Shown in pieces: positions 12,422 to 19,941 of a stretch of 64,000 bases of DNA (the stretch's first letter is position 1; every line of letters starts with the position of its first letter). The position numbers and the translations under genes are program-made. The stretch spans positions 2,350 to 66,349 of the forward strand of contig CAIUVD010000326.1 in the NCBI GenBank assembly GCA_903902515.1, given 5' to 3'. Under the pieces are notes generated by a model. It saw nothing but the letters and a program-made list of their open reading frames with translations, was not told the DNA's origin and made no database searches. Origin of the DNA: an uncultured Planctomycetota bacterium. Lineage in GTDB: Bacteria > Planctomycetota > UBA11346.

Positions 12422-12455
12422 CCGGCTTCGAAATCGAGCAGGTGGTTGCGGCCCC

Positions 12456-13751
12456 TCAGTCGTCGAGCAGGAGGTCCTCGATCGCCATGTGGTTTTCTTC
12501 CAGGTGGGTCGCCCCCTCAATGGACAGGGGGGTCCAGGGGATGGCTTCCAGGCGGTTCTTGTTGATCGGCTCGCGAGTGTGCTCACACAGTCCGTAGGGA
12601 ATCGGACGGCCGACATCGATCTTGCGCAGGGCGCGATCGATCTGCCACAGGAGGTCCTTCTCCTGACCGGCCAAGGCCAGGCTCACGTCCTGGAGATCGG
12701 CATCGGAACCGCGCTCGGCGGCGTGGAGGGGCGTGGTGTGACCGTCTTCGGCCTCCATCGCGTCTTTTTCCAGGTCGGCGATGTCATCGGTCACCTGATA
12801 GCGCTGGGCCAGCAGGCGGGCACGCCACTTGGATAGTTCCTCGGCCGTGAAGGGCGAGGTGAAGCCCATGGAGCCGGTAATGACCGGCCGGGCACCCTCA
12901 ACCGCAACACTTTCAAAACGACCGGTAATGGGCTTCTTGGGGGCATCGCTCATGGCAGTCTCACGCTTGGAAAAGGTTTTGATGACGGCGCCAGGCTTGG
13001 GCGTCAGGGCGGAAGCCGCCTTGAATGACGGCGCCTTGACGGGCTTCGCCTCAACGGTTTTGGCGACGGGAATCGATTTGACAGGTGCGGGGGCCTTCGG
13101 GGCCGCCTTGACCGGCGACACCTTAGCGGGGGTGGGGGCGGGGGCGGGGGCTGAGGGAGCCTTCACCGGAGCAGGCTTGGCTGGGGCAGCGACTTTGGCA
13201 GGTGCAGCCTTGGCAACATGGGCAGGAGCGGGCTTGGCCGCCTTGGCGGGAGCTGCAGCCTTGGCGGGAGCCGCAGCCTTGGCGGGAGCTGCAGCCTTGG
13301 CGGGAGCTGCAGCCTTAGCCGGAACGGCCTTAGCGGGAGCCGCAGTCTTAGCCGGAACGGCCTTGGCGGGAGCCGCAGCCTTAGCCGGAACAGCCTCGGC
13401 GGGAGCCGCAGCCTTAGCCGGACCGGCCTTAGCGGGAGCCGCAGCCTTAGCCGGAGCCGCAGCCTTAGCCGGAACGGCCTTAGCGGGAGCCGCAGCCTTA
13501 GCCGGAACGGCCTTGGCAGGAGCCGCCGGTTTGGTCGGAGCACTCTTCGCCTCCTTCGCAGGAGGGGCCTTAGCTGGGACGGCCTTGATGACTTTGGCTG
13601 GGGAAGCCTTGACCTGGGCGGCTTTGGCCACCGGCTTGGGAATCACGGCCGCCTTCTTCACCGGAGCCGGCGATGTGGCAGCAGGCTTGGCGGGCTTCGC
13701 CGGGCTCGTCGAAGCCTTGGCGGTCGTAGGGCGGCTCTTGACGCTCGGCAT
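12456..13751 (-). CDS. DksA/TraR-family protein with a long Pro-Ala-Lys (histone H1-like) N-terminal extension
   Basis: C-terminal coiled coil followed by IDRALRKID..YGLCEHTREPINKNRLEAIPWT; about 260 aa of PAKA low-complexity sequence upstream; start codon uncertain. Confidence 0.8.
   Translation of the reverse strand: MPSVKSRPTTAKASTSPAKPAKPAATSPAPVKKAAVIPKPVAKAAQVKASPAKVIKAVPAKAPPAKEAKSAPTKPAAPAKAVPAKAAAPAKAVPAKAAAPAKAAAPAKAGPAKAAAPAEAVPAKAAAPAKAVPAKTAAPAKAVPAKAAAPAKAAAPAKAAAPAKAAAPAKAAKPAPAHVAKAAPAKVAAPAKPAPVKAPSAPAPAPTPAKVSPVKAAPKAPAPVKSIPVAKTVEAKPVKAPSFKAASALTPKPGAVIKTFSKRETAMSDAPKKPITGRFESVAVEGARPVITGSMGFTSPFTAEELSKWRARLLAQRYQVTDDIADLEKDAMEAEDGHTTPLHAAERGSDADLQDVSLALAGQEKDLLWQIDRALRKIDVGRPIPYGLCEHTREPINKNRLEAIPWTPLSIEGATHLEENHMAIEDLLLDD
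13243..13520. repeat. Coding tandem repeat (15/18-bp units encoding AAAPAK/AVPAK)
   Basis: Repeated ttrgcgggagcygcagcc and ttagccggaacggcc units. Confidence 0.9.
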
Positions 13752-13919
13752 GGAAGAATCCTTTGAGGTTTCGTCGGGCAGGTCCGGGATCTGCGTTGGC
13801 TTAAAAGCGGCGGAAGGGTCTTCCGGTGGTTGAGATTGCAAGGGTATATCCGCGCAACTTTTCCTCCGTGAGGTCCAGCCTGGGTCAGCATACCTCAAAA
13901 TGACTGATTTCGGGGCTCG

Positions 13920-16253
13920 TCACGCCGAGGAAAGCTTCCCCGCCGCAAAAGCGAGCTGCAATTCCTTGAGACCGACCGGCCGGTCAAACTCAATTTGGAT
14001 GCTACGGCGATCCTCCGGGCCCCGACATCCGATGACCAGGCCCCGGCCAAAGGTGCTGTGGACCACCCGTTCACCGGGGCGGTAGGGGTCCGAGGCGAGG
14101 ATGATCGGGGCTTCGGGACCCGCTTTGGTGGCCCGACGACGGATCCGGCCAAGGCTATCTTCGATGAAGTCGTCGTCGTCCGGGTACTCCTCCTCGGGGG
14201 TCGCCACGGCGTCGGGCCGCTTCATCTGGGCGGCGGTGGTCAGGCGGCCTTTGGCGGCCTCAAGGGCCTTGGCCAACTTGGGATTGACGTGGCTGGTCGG
14301 CAGGGGGATGTCCCGGCGGCCAGTGGCATCGCGGGATTCAAAGCAATCCCCAGGAATTTCGCTGAGAAATTGACTAGGTTCGTTGTGGAAGGTCTGGCCG
14401 TAAAGCATCCGGCAACGGGCCCGGGACAGAAACAGTTCCTCCATGGCCCGGGTGATGCCGACGTACATCAGGCGGCGTTCCTCCTCCAGATCGCCGATCG
14501 CCCCATTGCGCATCAGGGGGAAGACCCCCTGTTCCACGCCCGTCACGAAGACGATGGGGAACTCCAGGCCCTTGGCGGCGTGGAGGGTCATGAGGGTCAC
14601 CCGGTCCTGGGCCGAGCCCACTTCCTCCCGGGCCTCGGCGTCGGTGTTGAGACTCACCAGCTCCAGGAAACCCGACAACCCGCCCTCGGGGTAGGTACTG
14701 TGGTACTGCTCGGCAGCGGTGATGACCTCGCGCATATTGGCGATGCGGTCGGCGGCTTCGCCGGGGTCCTCGGCTTTGCGGTAGTGGTCCTCCAGACCCG
14801 TCAACTCGACGATCCCGAGGACGCAGGCCGAGGGGTTCTGCTGGGGGAGTCGCAGGAGGGCTCGCCAGACTCGGGACAGTTCCCGCAGGGGCGCACCACT
14901 GCGGCCGACGGCGACCCGCTCCAGGAGATCGTCCTGGGCCAGGATTTCCGGTACCGTCACCAACTGGTCATCCGCCATTTGGTAGAGGTTTTCCAGGGCC
15001 TTGTCCCCCAAGCCGCGCTTGGGGACGTTGGCCACCCGGTCAAGACAGGTGCGGTCGGCGGGATTGATGAGGAGCTTCAGCCAGGCCAGGACGTGTTTGA
15101 CCTCCTCGCGGTCGTAGAAACGCAGGCCGCCGACGATCCGGTAGGGAATGCCGCGCCGTCGCAGGCCGTCTTCCAGGATACGGGACTGGGCGTTGGTCCG
15201 GTAAAAGACCGCGAAATCCGCCCACTTCCGCCCGGCCCGGGCCATGCTGTCGATCTTGGCCGCGACGCCGTAGGACTCGTCGAGTTCGTCATCCACCGCC
15301 ACCAGGGTAAGGGGCCGCCCCTCCGGGTTGTCGGTACGGATGGTTTTGTTCTCGCGCTGGGTGTTGTTCTGCACCACCCCCTGGGCGGCCCGCAGAATGA
15401 CCTTGGTCGAGCGGTAATTCTGTTCGAGGAGGACCTTCCGCACGCCCCGGTCCTGATAGTCCTTCTCGAAGTTGAGGATGTTGCTGATGTCGGCCCCGCG
15501 CCAACCGTAGATGGCCTGGTCCGGATCGCCGGTGGCGCAGATGTTGCCGTGCTCGCCGAGGAGGCGCAGCAGGCGATACTGAGCGGTATTCGTGTCCTGG
15601 TACTCGTCCACCAGGATGTAGGGAAAGCGTTCCTGCCACTTCTTCAGGAGGTCGGGATTGGCCTCGAACAGGCGCACCGGACGGACCAGGAGGTCGTCGA
15701 AATCGAGGTGGCAGCGTTCGTGGCACAGCCGGGCGTAGACGGCAGCGGCTTTCTGGGCCCAGACACTGACATCGTCGTTGGGCTCATGCTTCTCGATGTT
15801 GACCAATTGGTTCTTCCACTCGCTGATCTGGTGCATGACCCGCTTGAGTTCCACCACCTTGGGATCGAGTTTCAGTTCCTTGTAAACCTCCTTGAACAGT
15901 TTTTTCTGGTCATCGGGGTCAAGGATCGTGAAGGGGTGCTCCATCCCCAGGTGCTGGGTCTCCATCTTCAACAGGCGCAGGCCCGCCGAGTGGAAAGTGG
16001 TGATCCACGGCGTCTGCAGGTGGATGAGGCGGTGAACGCGCTCTTTCATCTCCCGCGCGGCCTTGTTGGTGAAGGTGATCGCGAGGATGCGGTCGCCCTT
16101 CAACTCCTTGACCTGAATCAGGTTGGCAATCCGGTGCGTAATAACGCGGGTCTTCCCGGATCCGGCACCGGCGACCACCAGCAGGGGCCCGTCGAGGTGG
16201 TCGATGGCCTCCCGCTGGGCGGGGTTCATACCGGAGTGAACGTCAATACGCAT
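13920..16253 (-). CDS. pcrA: ATP-dependent DNA helicase UvrD/PcrA
   Basis: AGAGSGKT, TFTNKAA, LVDEYQDTN, GDPDQAIYGWRGA, QNYRST, TLHAAKGLEF, EERRLMYVGITRA and C-terminal Tudor-like GERVVHSTFGRG. Confidence 0.94.
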   Translation of the reverse strand: MRIDVHSGMNPAQREAIDHLDGPLLVVAGAGSGKTRVITHRIANLIQVKELKGDRILAITFTNKAAREMKERVHRLIHLQTPWITTFHSAGLRLLKMETQHLGMEHPFTILDPDDQKKLFKEVYKELKLDPKVVELKRVMHQISEWKNQLVNIEKHEPNDDVSVWAQKAAAVYARLCHERCHLDFDDLLVRPVRLFEANPDLLKKWQERFPYILVDEYQDTNTAQYRLLRLLGEHGNICATGDPDQAIYGWRGADISNILNFEKDYQDRGVRKVLLEQNYRSTKVILRAAQGVVQNNTQRENKTIRTDNPEGRPLTLVAVDDELDESYGVAAKIDSMARAGRKWADFAVFYRTNAQSRILEDGLRRRGIPYRIVGGLRFYDREEVKHVLAWLKLLINPADRTCLDRVANVPKRGLGDKALENLYQMADDQLVTVPEILAQDDLLERVAVGRSGAPLRELSRVWRALLRLPQQNPSACVLGIVELTGLEDHYRKAEDPGEAADRIANMREVITAAEQYHSTYPEGGLSGFLELVSLNTDAEAREEVGSAQDRVTLMTLHAAKGLEFPIVFVTGVEQGVFPLMRNGAIGDLEEERRLMYVGITRAMEELFLSRARCRMLYGQTFHNEPSQFLSEIPGDCFESRDATGRRDIPLPTSHVNPKLAKALEAAKGRLTTAAQMKRPDAVATPEEEYPDDDDFIEDSLGRIRRRATKAGPEAPIILASDPYRPGERVVHSTFGRGLVIGCRGPEDRRSIQIEFDRPVGLKELQLAFAAGKLSSA

Positions 16254-16344
16254 GGGGCGGGGAGTGTGGAGTCCGCCACCACATGCAAACGCCCACGGGT
16301 CGCGAGGACCCGTGGGCGTCACATCGGCATGATGCCAGGATACC

Positions 16345-16557
16345 TTACTTGGCGGCAGGAGCTGGAGCGGCAGCCGGAGCCGGAGCGGCGGCAGGAGCCG
16401 GGCACTTCGTGCAGCTGCTACCAGCGGCCTTGGTCTCCGCACAGCAGCCGGACTTGGTGGCACAGGATTTCTCGCCACAGGAGGCGCGATCAGCGCCACA
16501 TCCGGCCACCAGGATTACGGAGGCGGCGAGGAAGAGGGAGGAGAGGATCTTGGACAT
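16345..16557 (-). CDS. Small Cys-rich lipoprotein with a Pro-Ala tail
   Basis: AAGGAAG ribosome-binding site before ATG; lipobox VAGC; six further Cys; PAPAAA repeats. Confidence 0.7.
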   Translation of the reverse strand: MSKILSSLFLAASVILVAGCGADRASCGEKSCATKSGCCAETKAAGSSCTKCPAPAAAPAPAAAPAPAAK

Positions 16558-16615
16558 GGGAACTTCCTTTCAGGGAGTGGAAATTGTACGACGCCCGGGG
16601 CGCCGTGTTGGGTGG

Positions 16616-17494
16616 TTATTCTTCGTCGATCTCGACACCAATGTGCTCCGCCCCGAGGTGGATATGGTCGATCAGCCGCACGCCATCAACGAACACCGCC
16701 GCCGCCAGCACGCAGCCCGGCACGGCCTGGGTCACTTCGGCAAAACCACTCAAACGAATCACATCGCAGTAATCCAGTTCAACACCTTCATGAACCAGCA
16801 GTTCATTGGCGACCTTTTCAATCAGGTCCATGGCATTGCGTTCGCCATCCATGTAGGCCTTGTTGGCCAGCTCAAGGCCCCGGGGCAAGCCCAGGGCTTT
16901 TTCACGGGACTCCTTGGAAAGACGGCGGTTACGGCTGGACATGGCCAAGCCATCGGGCTCGCGCACGGTGCGGCCAACCTGGATATCCACCGGCAGATTG
17001 AGGTCATTAACCATTTTGCTGATGATCAGGACTTGTTGGAAATCCTTTTCACCAAACACAGCGATATCCGGCAGGACGGCGCCAAACAACTTGGTGACCA
17101 CCGTCGCCACGCCCCGGAAGTGACCGGGACGAGCCACCGCACACAATTTGTCGGTCAGGGGGCCAACGATCTCGATGAAGGTGGCGTAGCCATCGGGGTA
17201 CATGACCTCGTTGGTCGGCAGGAAGACGGCATCAACGCCTTCCTTGGCCAGCAGGGCCAGATCGGCCTCCAGGGTCTTGGGGTAGTTGGCCAAGTCCTCG
17301 GGATTATCAAACTGGGTCGGATTGACGTAAATACTGACCACCACCCGGGTCGCCGACTCCTTGGCCTGACGGATCAAGGACAGGTGGCCGTCATGGAGGG
17401 CGCCCATGGTCGGCACGAAGCCGATGACGGCCCCCTCCCGCTGCTGGGTGCGGCTCCAGGCGCGCATGTCCGTGATGGTGCTGAACTGCTGCAT
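16616..17494 (-). CDS. panC: Pantoate--beta-alanine ligase
   Basis: GFVPTMGALHDGH, VNPTQF, RPGHFRGV, FGEKDFQQ and GLAMSSRN motifs. Confidence 0.96.
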   Translation of the reverse strand: MQQFSTITDMRAWSRTQQREGAVIGFVPTMGALHDGHLSLIRQAKESATRVVVSIYVNPTQFDNPEDLANYPKTLEADLALLAKEGVDAVFLPTNEVMYPDGYATFIEIVGPLTDKLCAVARPGHFRGVATVVTKLFGAVLPDIAVFGEKDFQQVLIISKMVNDLNLPVDIQVGRTVREPDGLAMSSRNRRLSKESREKALGLPRGLELANKAYMDGERNAMDLIEKVANELLVHEGVELDYCDVIRLSGFAEVTQAVPGCVLAAAVFVDGVRLIDHIHLGAEHIGVEIDEE

Positions 17495-17544
17495 GAGTGC
17501 TCCAATCCTTGAATGGGGTCGGGGCATCCGTACCACCGTGGGCC

Positions 17545-18036
17545 ATGGCCTACCTGACCATCCGTATCAAGGGCGAGGAAGGGTACCGCCGCGTTCCCCT
17601 CGACAAGGACCGCATGGTCCTGGGTCGTTCCTCCGCCTGCGAACTCCTGATCCCCTCCACCGCCGTCTCCCGGGAGCACTGCGCCTTCGTCCGTGAGGGG
17701 GAGCAATGGCTGGTCGAGGACCTGGGCAGCTCCAACGGCACGCGCATCGGCGAGCGCAAGGTGGACGGCCGGGCACCCCTGGCTGAGAAGGATATGGTGA
17801 AGGCCGGCGTCGCCCGCTGCACCTTCCACCTTGGGCCCATCCCGAACGCGGACGAAGCCTCGGAACCCACCGAGGAAGCCGCCCCGACCCGGACTCGGGG
17901 CGCGGATGACCCACAGGATGCCATCCCCTGTTCGGACTGCGGCAAATGGATGTCCATCGCCCATCGCCTGCCGGGCGAACGCATGCCCTGCCCATTTTGT
18001 GACAAGCGCCAGACCGTCCCGACGTTGATCTCCTGA
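17545..18036 (+). CDS. FHA domain protein with C-terminal zinc ribbon
   Basis: LGRS..C, VSREH and DLGSSNGT (FHA signature); CSDC...CPFC. Confidence 0.88.
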   Translation: MAYLTIRIKGEEGYRRVPLDKDRMVLGRSSACELLIPSTAVSREHCAFVREGEQWLVEDLGSSNGTRIGERKVDGRAPLAEKDMVKAGVARCTFHLGPIPNADEASEPTEEAAPTRTRGADDPQDAIPCSDCGKWMSIAHRLPGERMPCPFCDKRQTVPTLIS

Positions 18037-18058
18037 TCCTGAGATTGTGAACGGCCCC

Positions 18059-19402
18059 ATGACTGACGTTCCCGCCCCCACCGCCCCCAAGCCCACGGCG
18101 CCCCCTCGGGCGATTCGGTGGTGGGGATTCCTGGTGATCTTCCTCCTCATCCTGGCCACGGCAGTCCTCGCCCCGTGGTGGCTGTCTTCCTTCCTTCGGG
18201 CCAAGATCGACACCGCCCTGGCCTCCCAGGGTTGGGAATTAGATCCCGCCCATCCCCTCTCCATCAGTATTTACGGAGCCCGGATTAGCGGCGAGGACCT
18301 GACTCTGCGGATGATCGCCGACCAGCGCGTCCTGATGCAGGCCAAACGTCTGTCCGCCGACGTGGCCGTCACGGAAAGCCTCCAGAAGCGCGACCTGGTG
18401 ATCGCCGAATTGGTGGCGGACGGCGTGGTCGGAAGCCTCCGGCGGGGCCCCGATGGCCGCCCGCCCCTGGTGGCGGAGGAGCCCGTTGCCCCCGGGGCCC
18501 CGCTCATCGACTGGAAAAAAGTCGACTGGAAGGCCAATTTCCAAAAGGGGATGGACCAGTACCAAGAATGGCAGGCCAAGCGTGAGGCCGACCTGAAGCT
18601 CCCCAAGGATCAGCCAGCCCCTCGCCCGGCCCCCGAAGCTGACATCGATTGGCCCCAAGCCGTCAAACACCAGCCCGCCCCCACCGTGGGTCGCCACATC
18701 CCGCGGGTGGTGGTCCGCAAACTGTCGATCACCGGCGGCAAGGTGCCGATGCCTGACGAAGGCCCCCTCGACATCGCCTCTTTCAGCCTCACGGGGTCTG
18801 ATGTGGCCCTCCGTCAAGACCAGGGCGAGGTCATGCTCCTGAAGGCGGAGATCACCACCGAAGGGGCCGGACCCATCACCCTGGATCTGACCCGGGAGCA
18901 AAGCGGCAACGGCCGCTTGAACTTCGCCGCCCCGACCATGCCCCTCCAGGCCCTGAGCTCACCCGCCATCGCTGGCGACAGCCTGGCCCCCTGGGGCCCG
19001 ACGGGCACCGCAGCCATCACCGGAGCCCAGACCTGGACCGGCTGGGCCCTCAACGGCACCGTCGAGGCCCAGGTCAGCGGCCTGGCCCTCCAACCGACTC
19101 CGGGAGCCCCCTCCGAGGCCAAAACCGCCGCCAAGGTGATTGCCGCCCTCAAGGGCAAACCGATCCGCTGGCCGGTGGTCATCGGGGGCACCCTGACGAG
19201 ACCGGAAATTGTCGACAGCGGCCTCAAGAAGGTGATGGAGGAAAACCAGGGGGTGTTGATCGAAGCCGCCAAGGAGGAAGCCAAAGACAAGGCCCTGGAA
19301 AAGGGCTCGCAGCTCATCGACAAGGAACTGAAAAAGCATCCCGAGGCTGAAAAAGCCAAGGACGCCGCCAAGGACGCCCTCAAGAACCTGTTGGGTCGCT
19401 GA
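18059..19402 (+). CDS. Membrane-anchored AsmA-like protein (possibly TIGR03545-related)
   Basis: N-terminal RWWG plus TM helix; beta-rich body; charged helical C-tail (KDALKNLLG); adjacent to a TIGR03546-like gene. Confidence 0.55.
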   Translation: MTDVPAPTAPKPTAPPRAIRWWGFLVIFLLILATAVLAPWWLSSFLRAKIDTALASQGWELDPAHPLSISIYGARISGEDLTLRMIADQRVLMQAKRLSADVAVTESLQKRDLVIAELVADGVVGSLRRGPDGRPPLVAEEPVAPGAPLIDWKKVDWKANFQKGMDQYQEWQAKREADLKLPKDQPAPRPAPEADIDWPQAVKHQPAPTVGRHIPRVVVRKLSITGGKVPMPDEGPLDIASFSLTGSDVALRQDQGEVMLLKAEITTEGAGPITLDLTREQSGNGRLNFAAPTMPLQALSSPAIAGDSLAPWGPTGTAAITGAQTWTGWALNGTVEAQVSGLALQPTPGAPSEAKTAAKVIAALKGKPIRWPVVIGGTLTRPEIVDSGLKKVMEENQGVLIEAAKEEAKDKALEKGSQLIDKELKKHPEAEKAKDAAKDALKNLLGR

Positions 19403-19405
19403 ATC

Positions 19406-19939
19406 ATGTTCACCCTCTACAAACTGATCCGCAACCTGTTCAAGGCCCTGACCTCGGACGCGGCACCGTGGCAGATCTTCCTCGGCACCTTTTTCGGAAC
19501 CCTGCTTGGCTTCCTGCCGATCTTTCCCCTCTCCCAGGGCCCCTCACCCATCGCCCTGATCCTGATTGGCCTGGTTCTGGTCATCAACGTCCACCTCGGC
19601 TCGGTGTTCCTGTTCCTGGGTATCACCAAATTGCTGTCCCAGGTCCTCCACGGTCCGGCCCTGCTGGTCGGTGAGCAGTTCAGCGGCCTGGCCCAGACCT
19701 GCGCCGACATCCCATTCCTCCATTTGAGCCACTGGTCCCACACGGGGTACCTGGGCCTGACCCTGTTCGGCCTCGTCTGTGCGCCCTTGTTTGCCATCGT
19801 GATGTACCGCTTCTGCCTGTGGTTCCGCGTCACCTGGCGGGACAAACTGATGGAGAAGGCCCGCCTGCTGCGCGCTGGGTCGGTGGTCGACCACCCCTGG
19901 CTGGTACGGTTGGCCTGTTGGTTCTTTGGTATCGACTAA
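19406..19939 (+). CDS. Membrane protein, TIGR03546/DUF2062-like
   Basis: LFKALTSDAAPWQIFLG..FG.LLGFLP N-terminus; several hydrophobic helices. Confidence 0.65.
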   Translation: MFTLYKLIRNLFKALTSDAAPWQIFLGTFFGTLLGFLPIFPLSQGPSPIALILIGLVLVINVHLGSVFLFLGITKLLSQVLHGPALLVGEQFSGLAQTCADIPFLHLSHWSHTGYLGLTLFGLVCAPLFAIVMYRFCLWFRVTWRDKLMEKARLLRAGSVVDHPWLVRLACWFFGID

Positions 19940-19941
19940 CC

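Noticed and set aside
13243..13520. Tandem repeats as a possible CRISPR array
   Set aside because: In-frame coding repeats without unique spacers
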